From: Octopus vulgaris | Lineage: Eukaryota | DNA length: 64,000 nucleotides | Reading direction: 5' to 3' | Assembly (NCBI GenBank): GCA_951406725.2 | Contig: OX597838.1 | Coordinates: 13,826,001-13,890,000 of the forward strand | Shown here: piece after piece, positions 10,791 to 23,463 of the stretch | Position numbering within the stretch: position 1 is the stretch's first letter | Layout of the letters: each line of letters starts with the position of its first letter | Made by a program: the position numbers and the translations under genes | Notes under the pieces: model-generated | What the model saw: the letters and a program-made list of their open reading frames with translations, nothing else | Told to the model about the DNA's origin: nothing | Databases searched by the model: none

Positions 10791-12148
10791 TATGAGAGGG
10801 TACTCAAAAGTAACTGGAAATGTTCTCTGTAAGACAAGCCCTTTGTAGTTCGGACTCCCAACATTAGAAGTCACTTGATGCGACCCTCAGGCAACAGTCT
10901 GTCAACTGGCATTGTTGAGTGAAGTCGTACTGCCATGTGGTGCATCTTTGTTTTGCAGTTCTTCTCCTCTGTTCATCGATTTTTGTGATGGCTGACATGA
11001 AGTGACAGCATGCTTCCATGAAATTCTATTTTCTGATGGAGAAAGTGGCAGCCAAAACAGCTGTCATGCTTCAAACAGCTTATAAGAACACTGCTGTGCA
11101 CAAAACACAAGTTTACAAGTGCTTTAGAAATGGTCACTTGTCGCTTGAAGAACCAACCTCATTCATGGCATCTGTCGACCTCCTGAACGAATGAAAACAT
11201 CATGAAAATTCATGAACTGATCTAGGGGGTCCATCACCGAACAATCGATAAATTTGTTGATCTGACTGGTGTGTCCTGGAGCTCCTGCCAACGAATTTTG
11301 AGTGAGGAATTGCGAATGAAAAGAGTTGCAGTAAAATTTGTGCCTCACTTGCTCACGGAAGATCAAAAGCAGTCAGGACTGAATACATGTCATAAACTGA
11401 TAGAACAGTTGGAAATTGATCTGGACCTGTTTTTGAAGGTCATCACTGGTGAGGAAATCTGGTGCTATGGAATTTGAAGATTTGGAAGAGGTGAAGAAAA
11501 AAAAAACCAATGGAGGCATTAAAAGGCATCACTTTGCTAGAGTTCCAGTGCTTCTTCAAACAGTGGAAAACGCGTCTGGAGAGATGCATTGCTTCAAATG
11601 GAGAATACTTTGAAGGCGATGAAAGTGTAAACATGTAAAACTCATCATCATCATCATCATCATCGTTTAACGTCTGCTTTCCATGCTAGCATGGGTTGGA
11701 CGGTTCAACTGGGGTCTGGGAAGCCCGAAGACTGCACCAGGCCCAGTCTGATCTGGCAATGTTTCTACGGCTGGATGCCCTTCCTAACACCAACCACTCC
11801 GTGAGTGTAGTGGGTGCTTTTTACGTGCCACCGACACAGGGGCCAGACGAAGCTGGCGAACGCCCACACTCGGATGGTGCTTTTTACGTGCCACCGGCAC
11901 GGAGGCCAGGCGAGGCTGGCAGCGGCCACAATCGGATGGTGTTTGTTACGTGCCACCAGCACGGAGGCCAGTCAATGCGGCACTGGCTACGGCCACATTC
12001 GGATGGTTCTCTTATGTGCCACCGGCACTGGTATCACAACTACAAATTCCATTGATGTTGATCGATTTTGATTTTGATTTTCACTTGCCTCAACAGGTGA
12101 ATAAAATAATACTGCAAAATTCTGATTTCTTTTGGGTACCATTCATAT
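10791..12148 (+). mobile_element. Mariner transposon relic, internally deleted, with a retro-insertion at 11643-12097
   Basis: KFVPHLLT (WVPHEL-like) and ITGEEIWCYG (first catalytic D motif, degraded); C-terminal W..R.ERCIASNGEYFEG; imperfect TIRs TATGAGAGGGTACTCAAAAG / CTTTTGGGTACCATTCATA. Confidence 0.85.
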
Positions 12149-12229
12149 AAGCATGAATAAGTATGTTACATATATATAAGCACATATGAATATATACATA
12201 TGTGAGTGTGTGTGTGTGTGCGTGTGGTT

Positions 12230-12690
12230 TGATCAGTAAGTATCTGGACTGTTGCTATAGAAATTAAGTTAAAGCATGCAGAGTGAAGCCGCTTGGCACA
12301 GATTGACCTTGAACCCTGCTGTGCATGCACACTAAGTTTCAACATTCTAGTCACTTCCACTGTTTGCAGCAATGCTTGGAAGGAAGGTGTGTAGCATGTG
12401 ATTATCACATTGACCATGACAGAGAAAGTTGAGCAGAGAATCTGCATCAAGTTTTGTCAAAAGCTTGGTGATTACTGCTCAGAGGCCTACACAAAGTTTT
12501 CAAAAATTTTCGTCATTCTCAGCACAAACAAGATCTTTTGCAACTGAAACCCAAGAGTCTTTTTGGTTAGCTGAAAGCAGCTTTGGCAGACACACGTCTC
12601 ATACCCAAATCTTTAGTGATGGACTGAACTGAATCGTAACTGATCTGCACATACTTTGATAACTCACAGATGGTGATTCACTGATGAACT
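12230..12690. mobile_element. Second mariner fragment with internal inversion
   Basis: Plus strand gives MTEKVEQRICIKFCQKLG (from ~12417); minus strand at ~12510-12640 gives SVQSITKDLGMRRVSAK. Confidence 0.7.
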
Positions 12691-12859
12691 CACAGATGGG
12701 AAATAAAATAAATTCCTTTTTATGGTGAGAGAACATCTAAATAAGCAAGAGCCAAGCCTTACTGCTATGATGGAACCAATCAGGTTAGGATATATTTTCA
12801 GCCATGAACACAAGAGGAAAACATTTCAAGTAGGTCCCTGGATGGAGGGAATTTTTTTC

Positions 12860-14200
12860 CTTTTTTCCATCAAGCCAAGTTTGCACCTCCCACAACTGAT
12901 GAGGTAAGGCCTGCACTTTTCCAGTAATCTTCAGCTGATGTTATATTGTGAGCATTTTCTTTCAAAAGCTAAACTTTAAAAGAAGACTTGTGATTATTGA
13001 ATCTGATCTTAAAAGGGGTTTCCACTGCACCCACATATCTCTGTACATGCATTATTTGACAGCCTCCGTAGTACTGCGTGGACCATTTAGTGAGCATATA
13101 GCATTACCTCTGCATGAGCAGCATGCCTTTGTGTTTGACTTAAGCCTATTTATTGAAATTTGGTATGTTTGGAGCACAGCTAAAAGAGACCCACAGTATG
13201 GAAGTGAGACTTGGACGCTATATACATGCCAAGAGCGTCGCCTAAACATCTTTCACCTGCACTGCCTCCGGAAAATCCTCCGCATCAAATGGCAGAATCA
13301 TATCCCCAACAAAGATGTCCTCAGGCAAGCAGGAATACCAAGCATGTTTGCACTCCTCACACAAAGACGTATGAGATGGCTTGGGCACGTTAGCCGTATG
13401 AAAGATGGCAGAATCCTCAAGGACATACTCTACGGAGAGCTTGCTAGGGGTACTAGGTCTGTGGGTAGACCATTCTTACGTTACAAGGATGTTTGCAAAA
13501 GGGACATGAAGGCCTGCAACATCAATATTAGTGGTTGGGAAGCAATTGCCAGCAACCGTGGAGATTGGCGACGTACCGTAAAAGAGGGAATACAAAGGAG
13601 TGACAGAGAGAGAGAGGAGAAATGGAAAGACAAGAAAAGACATCAACAAGAAACTATGGCTTTACAACCAGCCAGGAACAGTCTTCGCTATATTTGCGGT
13701 ACTTGCCAGAGGGAGTGTTTGTCCAGGATAGGACTACACAGCCACAGCAGGAAATGTATCAGGACATGAAATGTAAAAGCCGGACTGGACTATTTTATGC
13801 GCAACTCCATTGTCTCCAGAGACAAAAAGGATGCCAACCGATTTATTGAAATTTGGTATGTTTGGAGCGCAGCTAAAAGAGACCCACAGAGTGTGCCTAT
13901 TGAAAAATTTCCTGTACTTATACATCTGTGGAAAATGCTTATCTACTAATTCAAGGATGACCCTACCTACCCAAGTCTTAACATTAAGAGAAAATGGGGG
14001 TAGTGGTGTAAACCATATTTTATGATAACACTTTCTTTTATTGTGGCTAGGGTTGCACATATAACTAATGCTATCTCTGAAACTGCTAACAGTCAGGGCC
14101 TCACTATAATATGGGTCTGCAGCATCAAAGAGGTCCTTATTTAAAGATCAGCTGGAGATCCTTCTGCATATATCCTACACTAGGCTTTGAAAACAATGAC
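12860..14200 (-). mobile_element. Penelope-like element relic (RT thumb-linker and GIY-YIG endonuclease), split by an RTE insertion
   Basis: Translated remnants RRISS..FDAADPYYSEAL, IWFT.PPFSLNVKT.VG..LELVDKHFP..KFFNRHT..VSFSC.PNI, CSCR..CSLNG, YVGAVETPFKIRFNNHKSSF and LLEKCRPY..GRCKL..MEK occur in the expected order, with stops and frameshifts. Confidence 0.85.
13197..13840 (+). mobile_element. 5'-truncated RTE-clade LINE with 49-bp target-site duplication
   Basis: Open frame YGSETWT..ERRLNIFHLHCLRKIL..WLGHVSRM..GRP..RYKD plus a C-terminal CxxC..H zinc motif; 3' end CCATTGTCTCCAGAGAC..GGATGCCAA; duplication at 13148-13196 and 13841-13889. Confidence 0.92.
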
Positions 14201-14254
14201 AAAGGCCATAGTCTGTGTGTGTGGTGGGGTGAGTACATAATACATGCAAAATAT

Positions 14255-14582
14255 GCATGGCTCAGTGGTTAGAGTGTCCGGCTCACAATCATGAGGTAGT
14301 GAGTTCAATTCCTGAACCAGACTGTGTTGTGTTCTTGAGCAAGACACTTTATTTCACATTGCTCCAGTTCAATCAGCTGTAGAAATGAATTGTGACATTA
14401 CTGGTGCCAAGCTGTATCGGCCCCTTTGCCTTTCCCTTGGATAACATTGGTGGCATGGTGAGGGGAAGCTGGTATGCATGGATAACTGTTGAGCTTCCAT
14501 AAACAACCTTGCCTGGAATTGTACCTCGGAGAGCAACTTGCTAAGTGCAATCCCATGGTCATTCATGACTAAAGGGGGTCTT
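14255..14582 (+). mobile_element. tRNA-head SINE, V-domain-like family
   Basis: A box TGGCTCAGTGG, B box GTTCAATTCC, then GTGTTCTTGAGCAAGACAC. Related copies at ~42500-42838(+), 46050-46385(-), 46468-46730(+), 47513-47690(-), 50165-50468(-), 51170-51355(-). Confidence 0.8.
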
Positions 14583-15299
14583 TACACATTACTCTTTTAT
14601 GTGTGTGTGTCTGTGTATACATATATTATCATCATCAACATTTAACGTCTATTTTCTATGCTGACATGGGTGATATATGTATGTATATATACATAAATGT
14701 GTGTGTATGTGTGTGTGTGTGGTAATTCTTGGGTGTTCCTGGCAACATGTAACTCAGGAGACTTGTTGCATGGTCGGGATATCAGTGACTAAATCAGCAA
14801 CACCACCACCAAGCCTGCTTGGTAGGTAGGGGAGTTTCTGGACCTTTTGCAGGATGAAAAACAAAAAAAAAGTGCCTGGATGCATTTTTAGCCTACCAGT
14901 GAGTAGGTTGGACTCTAAGCTGTGGTGAAAGCAAACTCAGGAGATGGAAAACCCTTATAAGAAAGCCCTGAGGTATGTTGTTCATTGGGTTTGTAACAAA
15001 CACCTGCACCAACTTTCTGCTTCTAAAAACTGAGGTTGGCCTTCCACAAACCTTCACACCGAACTCATCATCAGTGTGAGAAATCTAACAGCTATAATAT
15101 TGGTTTCAAATTTTGGCACGAGGCCAGCAATTTATTGGTACTTGTTTTATTGACTCCAAAAGGATAAAAAACAAAGTCAGTATTAGAGGAATTTGAACTC
15201 AGAGCATAAAGACAAATGCAATACTATTAATTTTGGTCCAGCATGCTAACAAATCTGCCAGCTCACCACCAACAAATTACTTGATATAAATATGTAGGA

Positions 15300-15845
15300 C
15301 AGTGCTTTTCAAACTTTTTGCTGGAGCGGAACCCCAAGGAAACATTCCACTGGCTTGAGGAACCCCTGTGCAATAATTTAATAGTCTTATGGACTGGTGG
15401 TACGTAAAAAGCACTATCCGAATCGTGGCCAATGCCAGCGCCGCCTCGGCTGGCTTCCGTGCCGGTGGCACGTAAAAAGCACCAATCAGACTATTCCCGT
15501 TGCCAGCCTCGCTTGGCACCTGTGCAGGTGGCACGTAAAAAGCACCCACTACACTCACAGAGTGGTTGGCGTTAGGAAGGGCATCCAGTTGTAGAAACAT
15601 TGCCAGATAAGACTAGAGCCTGGTGCAGCCTTCTGGCTTCCCAGATCCCCGGTCGAACCGTCCAACCCATGCTAGCATGAAGAACGGACGTTAAACGATG
15701 ATGATGATGATGATGATGCACACATATCTGCACAGGAGAATTAAAAATTACTGCCGATTTTAGCAGTTTTGTAACTTCTTGCGGAACCCCCGGACTGTGC
15801 TGGCGGAACCCTAAGGTTCCGCGGAACCCTGGTTGAAAACCACTG
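15300..15845. mobile_element. hAT (Charlie/Buster-type) MITE with nested retro-insertion (~15391-15716)
   Basis: Termini CAGTG...CACTG with a perfect 8-bp TSD ATGTAGGA. Confidence 0.9.
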
Positions 15846-17290
15846 ATGTAGGAGAACTTTAAAATTTCTTGTCTAGTACCCAGGTGCACATTTAGTCTAC
15901 CAGGTTATGTTGGACTCTAAGCTGTGGTGAAGGTGAACTCAGAAGAGGAAAAACCCTAACAGAAAAACCTTGAGGTATGTAAAACCTTGAGGTATTTGTG
16001 GCAAATATTTTGCACCAACTTTTTACTGTCAGTATTTCCAGAGGATGTAACTGGTCCTACTGAAAGCTTTACCACCAAAAACAAATCATTTGGAAAAAAT
16101 ATATACACACACATATACATATATACATGGTGAATGAGTTTATAATATGTGTGTGTGAATGTGTTAGATGGTATGATTGATGGCTCTATGATTTAAATGA
16201 TTTTTGATAGCCATTTTCTTCTCTAATCACATGGGTTGGATACATATATGAAGCTTTATATATCTATAAAGCATGTGTGTATGTGTGTGTTTGTGTGTGT
16301 TTGTGTGTGCGTGTAGATATCTAAATATACAATGACACATATTTTGTCTATATATTTGTGTTTAAGTATTCCGTATATATTATGAAATACATGGCAATTG
16401 ACAGTATTCTGTTGTGTGTACAGACTGATTGAAAATCGGCACATATGTGTGTGTACGTGTGTGTGTGTACGTGTGTGTGTGTGCGTGTGTGTGTGTGTGT
16501 GTGAAAGTATAAACACATATATACATTTTCTATCTATATATGGATGAATATAGAATAATTATTAAGAAATGGTATATGACATAAATATATGTGTGTGTGT
16601 GTGTGTACATATATACATATATATATGTATAAATATATATGCATATATATATACATACACACACACACACATATATATATGCACATATATACATACAAGA
16701 CAAAGAGCTTGAGAGAGAACGAAAGAGATAAATAGATAGACACACAGATAGCTAAGAGAGATAGATATATATAGATAAGGCAGATAAACAGATAGGTAAA
16801 ATTTCCAATTACCAGACAAGCGTGATGTGTGAAATAAGGATAAATTCTCCACAGACAGAACAGTACTAGAGACACTCCACTACTCTACAATACTACAGAC
16901 AGTAGAGACACTACACTACAGCTGTAGTATGGTTACTGTAGCATTATAAGCATGGTGGCTATTCAATTATTTGGTGCAGTACCCCAGAAACAACAGCATC
17001 ACTATCCACCAATATCAACATCTCTACTTCACTCTCTGTCTCTCTCTCTCTCTCTCTCTCTAGATATATTGCACTACCTTTCTGTCTTTATCTATGACAT
17101 TATCACTCTCTCTCTCTCTGCAACTGTATTCTCATCTACCTTTATTTTTTTTGCTTTCTCCTTCTCTCCTTCTCTCTCTCTCTACCTTTTTCTTTTTTTT
17201 TCTCTATATCTACTTTCCTCTCTCCATACATTTTTTTTCTCTTTCTCTCTTTCTCTCTTTTCCTCTTCCTCTCTACTTCCTACCTTTCTC

Positions 17291-17324
<34 letters not shown>

Positions 17325-17431
17325 ATCTTCACTCTTTATCTCTCACACTTCTGTATTTTTCTTTCCACAGTGTCTAAAATATTCCATGCCAAATGTCAGG
17401 AAGTTGCTTGCAGTTCACCGATCTTTTGATT

Positions 17432-17795
17432 GTAGTGGTGGTAGCATTGTAGGTGGTGGTGGTGGTGGTGGTGTTGTAGGTGATAGTGGTTGTGGTGGCA
17501 GTGGTTGTGGTGGTGGTGGTAGTGGTTGTGGTGGTGGTGGTTGTGGTGGTAGTGGTTGTGGTGGTGGTGGTGTTGTAGGTGATAGTGGTTGTGGTGGTGG
17601 TGGTTGTGGTGGCAGTGGTTGTGGTGGTGGTGGTAGTGGTTGTGGTGGTGGTGGTTGTGGTGGTGATAGTGGTTGTGGTGGCAGTGGTTATGGTGGTGGT
17701 GGTAGTGGTTGTGGTGGTGGTAGTGGTTGTGGTGGTGGTGGTTGTGGTGGTAGTGGTGGTGGTGGTGGTGGTGGTTGTGGCGGTAACGGTTGGTG
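17432..17795. repeat. Degenerate (GGT/TGT/AGT)n triplet repeat
   Basis: Direct reading; produces the spurious Gly/Cys, poly-Val and poly-His ORFs. Confidence 0.9.
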
Positions 17796-18169
17796 ATGGT
17801 GTTGCTGCTGTTTAACTTCAGGTCAGCATTCAGCAAAAGCTGACCTTAAGCTAAAGGTGTTCCAGATACGACTGAAGGAATCTGATTGCTGTTTCGAACA
17901 GGTTGACTAACTGAACGAAAGCTCCGGTGATGTATCGCAGCGACCGTTGTAACAGTAGCAATGATAGTTTTTGTTATTATCGGCAGACCTAATCCAGCAA
18001 GGCTGTGCTACACAGGTAGTTGGTTAGACGTTACAGTGTAATCCACAGTTTTATCTTCTTAATTGTACCTGCCTAGATGACAACAACAACACTGCACACG
18101 CTGACATGCAGCGATTAATCATTTGGGGTGCACTATGACAGTCTGAACGTATTGCATCATTTTCACCAA

Positions 18170-18672
18170 AATCGAAATAGATCAACATCAATGGAATTTG
18201 TAGCTGTGATACCAGTACCGGTGGCACGTAAGAGAACCATCCGAATGTGGTCGTAGCCGGCGCCACCCTGACTGGCTTCCGTGCCGGTGGCATGTAAAAA
18301 GCACCATCCGACCGTGGCCGTTTGCCAGCCTCGTCCGGCCTCCATGCCGGTGGCACGTAAAAAGCACCATCCGAACGTGACCGTTGCCAGCGCTGCCCTG
18401 ACTGGCCTCCGTGCTGGTGGCACATAAAAAGCACCATCTGATCGTGGCCATTTGCCAGCCTTGTCTGGCACCTGTGCCGGTGGCACGTAAAAAGCACCCA
18501 CTACACTCTGTAAAGTGGTTGGCGTTAGGAAGGGCATCCAGCTGTAGAAACACTGCCAGATCAGACTGGGCCTGGTGTAGCCTTCTGGCTTCCCAGACCC
18601 CAGTTGAACCATCCAACCCATGCTAGCATGGAAAGCGGACGCTAAACGATGATGATGATGATGATGATGATG
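18170..18672 (+). mobile_element. (GAT)n-tailed retroposon, probably the 3' UTR of an RTE LINE, with internal ~60-bp modules
   Basis: GGTTGGCGTTAGGAAGGGCATCCAGC core and GGACG(T/C)TAAAC(GAT)n tail. Other copies at ~3653-3880(-), 10502-10770(+), 11643-12097(-), 15391-15716(+), 19400-19745(-), 24068-24302(+), 33008-33242(+), 34245-34640(-), 36074-36325(-), 51920-52147(+), 58868-59035(-), 59812-60010(-). Confidence 0.85.
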
Positions 18673-20821
18673 CCCACAGATTCAAGTGGTTGTGTAGGCT
18701 CAGCCAGAGCATAACAGCTGCTGTTGCCTTACTGCAACTTATAACTAATGGGGTGTACCCCTGAGCAGTACTTGGTGGTGGTGGTGGTGGGTTGGGGGTC
18801 TAGGGAGGCATATTGATATTGCAGCTATTTTTGCATGTATTCCTTATCCTTTTCAAGGGTTGAATAAGAGAGAGAGAGAGTGTGTTTCAGAACACTGCAG
18901 TGGTGCCCTGGAGTGTTATAAAAGTGTATCCACTGACGTAGTTAGAATGTGTAGCACTTGAAGCAGTCCCCCAGTTTGCTGTACCCCTCTGCCAGCAGCA
19001 CCAGCCATTACAGACTTATACAACAGATCGAAAAGTGCTTCCCCCCATAAAAGTATCATCCAAGGTGGACCCAACCTTACCCATCGCCCCGTCTATATTA
19101 TTGCATGTATCAGTGTTTGGAAGTGGTTTTTTTTTTTGGTTTTTTTGCAAGTAGTGACATGGACTGTGGAGTTGAAGTTTGCTGCAACAACTGCCCTTTG
19201 CATGTCCAGGTAGTTTTCCATTTTTACTACTTTTGTTTCGTTCTGTAGATGATCTGTGAGTGTGGTCTGAGTACAATGATATATAGTCAGCTTTTTAGGG
19301 TGTCTTGTAGTTTATCGCTACAGGTTGATTGAAGCTTTGCGAGTGGATTTGGAAGACAGAAATTGAAAGAAACCTGTCATCATATAAACATTTATTATTA
19401 TTTAATGTCCGCTTTCCATGCTGGCATGGGTTGGACGATTTGACTGAGGACTGGTGAACCAGATGGCTGCATCAGGCTCCAATCTGATCTGGCAGAGTTT
19501 CTACGGCTGGATGACCTTCCTAACGCCAACCACTCCAAGAGTGTAGTGGGTGCTTTTACATGCCACCGGCATGAGGGGCCAGTTAGGTGGTACTGGCAAC
19601 GGCCACGTCCAAATGGTGCTTTTTACGTGCCACCTGCACAGGAGCCAGTCCAGCAGCACTGGCAGTGACCTTGCTTGAATATTTTTTCATGTGCCACCAG
19701 CACAAGTGCCAGTAAGGTGACCCTGGTAACGATCACGCTCGAATGGTATATATATATGTGAATGTGTGAGTGTTTGTGTGTACTTTTGTCTTGACATCAC
19801 ATGATGGTGGTAAACAAGCGTCACCGTCATACGAGCCATGTTGTTCATTTCTGTCTTCTGTAAAAACCATGTCTGGTTATGGGGAAATACTACATTGCTT
19901 GGAAACAGGTGAGGGTTGGCGACAGAAAGGGCATCCAGCCATAGAAAATCTGCCTCAACAAATTTGTTCCAACCCATGCAAGCATGGAAAAATTAATGTT
20001 ATATAATGATGATTATGTGGAGAAATTTGGGGCACAGGTAGGCCTGGAATAGTTATTGAGAGATGAAATGTATTTTTAGGGTAGTATTGTTGTTGTCTCT
20101 TTTTGTTGGCCATATGTGGAACCTATGATTGTTCTAGGTATGTTTGTGTGTTGTTTGCCGAAAGCAGACCTCACCAATGCTGGTGCCATGTGAAAAGCAT
20201 CCTGTAAAGTGGTTGGCATTTTGAAGGGCATTCAGCAAAGAGGCAGTGGCACCTGATACGGTCCTCTAACTTGCCAGCCCCTGTCAAGCCATCCAACCGA
20301 TGCCAGCATGGAAAACAGACATTAAATGTTGATGATGATGTCTTCCAGTGAAGGCATATGACCTAGTGGGTAGAGTGTTAGGCTCACAGTCATAAGCTCA
20401 CGGTTTCAATTCCTGAACGAGACAGCCATTTCATTTCATGTTGCTCCCTCCAACCATCACATCCTGGATTTTTCTGCTGGGTCAAAGATAATGAGGTCAA
20501 ACAGGTGTCTGTATCTGCTTGCGACTACATAGGAATTCAAAACCCGTAGTGAAAGCATGACACACAGCACCAAGCCACACTCGTCCAGGAGTGACAGCTG
20601 GCCATGTTCTACTAATATGTTTTCAATGTTGTGAAAGAGTTGTAATTTAACTTCTGATACTTTACTGTGTGGTTAAGAAGTTTGCCTTCAGGTTCAGTCC
20701 TACTGTGGTAACACCTTGGGCAAGTGTCGTCTACTGTAGTTCTGGGCAAAGCAAAGCCTTATGATTGGATTTGGTTGATAGAAACTGAAAACTGAAAGAA
20801 GCCCTTCATAAACATATATAC

Positions 20822-21086
20822 ATGTGTGTGTGTGTGTGTGTGTATGTATGTGTGTATGTATATGTGTGTATGTATATATATAGGTGTGTATGTATATATA
20901 TCTATATGTGTGCATGTATGTATGTATGTATGTATGAATATGTGTATGTATGCATGTGTGTATGTATGTATGTATGTATGTATGTATGTGTGTATGTATG
21001 TATGTATGTATGTATGTGTGTATGTATGTATGTATGTATGCATGTGTGTATGTATGTATGTATGTGTGTATGTATGTATGTATGTG

Positions 21087-21118
<32 letters not shown>

Positions 21119-21180
21119 TGTATGTATGTGTGTTTGTGTGTCTGTGATGTGTGTGTGTGTGTGTGTATGTATGCATGTAT
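20822..21180. repeat. (GTAT)n/(GT)n microsatellite
   Basis: Direct reading. Confidence 0.95.
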
Positions 21181-22769
21181 GAGTTTGTGTATGTTTTTAC
21201 AGTGTGTGAGGGCTGTAAATGAACATAATTCATTTTCAACATTCTGTGAAAACATGAATCATGTCTGGCCATGGGAAACAAAAAAATAAACCTTGCTTGG
21301 AAACAAGTCATACCTGGTGACAGGAAGGACATCCAAGCCATAAAAAAAAATCTACACCAGTAAACTCCGCCCAACCAATGCAAGCATAGAAAAGAAGGAG
21401 ATGTTAATATGATGATGGTGGTGATGATGATGATGATGATGATGATGCTGATGATGCTGATAATGATGATGATGATGCTGATTGGGTATGTGGAGTATGT
21501 GGTATGCTTATATTATTGAATGTGATGGCTGGTTGTATTTGATGTGATGTTTTCCAGTGTTCCTGGCCAGAGAGGGGACAGTGGATCTACTAGGTGATAC
21601 CTATTTCTTTACTACCCACAAGGGGCTAAACACAGAGGGAACAAACAAGGACAGACATAGGTATTAAGTCGATTACATCGACCCCAGTGCGTAACTGGTA
21701 CTTAATTTATCGACCCCCGAAAGGATGAAAGGCAAAGTCGACCTCGGCGGAATTTGAACTCAGAACATAGTGGCAGACGAAATACCTATTTCTTTACTGC
21801 CCACAAGGGGCTAAACACAGAGGGAACAAACAAGGACAGACATAGGTATTAAGCCGATTACATTGACCCCAGAGCGTAACTGGTACTTAATTTATCGACC
21901 CCCAAAAGGATGAAAGGCAAAGTTGACCTCAGCAGAATTTGAACTCACAATGTAATGCAGACGAAATACCGCTAAGCATTTCGCCCGGAATGCTAACGTT
22001 TCTGCCAGCTCGCCGCCTAAGTCTATCATTGTACAGTGAGGCTTCTAGGTGATTGAGGTGGGTTTGGAGTAGCTGAACCGTAGTATCTGAAAGATAGCGG
22101 AGGGATATCTTTCAGCATCTTGTCATCTGTATATGAGGCTGCATGTATGTTTTGAGTATGTGTCGGAAAGGTGTGTAGATATAAGGTACAAGAAGAAAAC
22201 GGTGGATGAGAGGAGGATATTCTTGTGGTAATGAATTTGGCAAATTGCAAGTTCTAGGAAGTGTTGTTGTTCTGTGAACTGTATAGGCGACCTGACACAT
22301 TGCTGGCCAGTTTTTAGTGTTGTTCCTTAAGTGGGTGCTGAGTGTATTTTCCATGAATGAATGGATAGTAAAGAAGAGTGTCCATGATGGAGCAATGCAT
22401 GTGGGAGGTTTGTTGTTGTTGAAGCTATCAGGTATTTTCTGTTAGGTTCAAGAATAGTGTTACTGGTTGAATGTAGTAATCTGAATCTGTGTTGTAACTT
22501 TGTGTGGTGGTGGTGGTGGTGGTGGGGGTGGGGGGTTGTGCATGGGATAGGTATATATATAAGATTACTCTTTCTAGAATTTTTAGGAATAGTTGTGTCG
22601 TTAAGAATCCCACTTTGTAATCAGAGATTTCAGATTCAGTCCCACTGCATGGCACCTTGGGCAAGTGTCTTCTACTTTAGCTCCTGGCTGACCAATGCCA
22701 TATGATGGAAACCCATCATCATGTGTATGTATGTATGTATGTATGTATGTATGTATGTATGTATGTATG

Positions 22770-22810
<41 letters not shown>

Positions 22811-22817
22811 ATACACA

Positions 22818-22898
<81 letters not shown>

Positions 22899-23463
22899 AG
22901 GCACAAATAATGGTCATAACATATTTTCCCTTACTGTAGTATATTTGACTTACAGGTGTTTCCAGTAGTCATCTTGGTACAAGTTATTGTTAAATTTTTA
23001 GATGTATGTTTGTGGTTTTTGTCTCACCCTGATACTTTAGGGAATTTAGTTTCTATATTGCCTGGGAGTGGGGAAGGGCTGAAAGTAGAGAGGGGTCAAA
23101 ATAATGCTGCTGGTTGCGATGGTGATGGTGATGGTGATGGTGGTGGTGGTGGTGTGATAATGGTGTAGAGTTGGCAGTGATGGTGTCTTAATAGTTGTCG
23201 TTGTCGTGTAGCCGCATATATTCAACTTGGTTGTATAGTCCTATGTCACACAAGTAGTCAACAGAATGACATGATGTGACTCACAGATCCAGTTTTCTCA
23301 GTGAGACTTGTCTCTGCCTAGCTAAGGATACAGCACACTCTGACATGCAGTGATGAATCATATAGAAGCAGGTACAGTATAACCGACTAGATATACTGTA
23401 TTATCTTCACAGCTTGGTCTGTTCCTGCACTAATGCACACTCCAACATGCAGTGGTAAGTCAT

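Noticed and set aside
12948-13769. 273-aa host gene
   Set aside because: Chimeric frame: antisense Penelope relic fused to a truncated RTE LINE ORF.
17386-17836. Gly/Cys-rich or His-rich structural protein ORF
   Set aside because: Explained by a degenerate GGT triplet repeat open in several frames; intronic, with no convincing exon boundaries.
18200-18500. CRISPR-like repeat/spacer appearance
   Set aside because: The spacers are homologous to each other, the array is part of a multicopy eukaryotic retroposon, and no cas genes are present.
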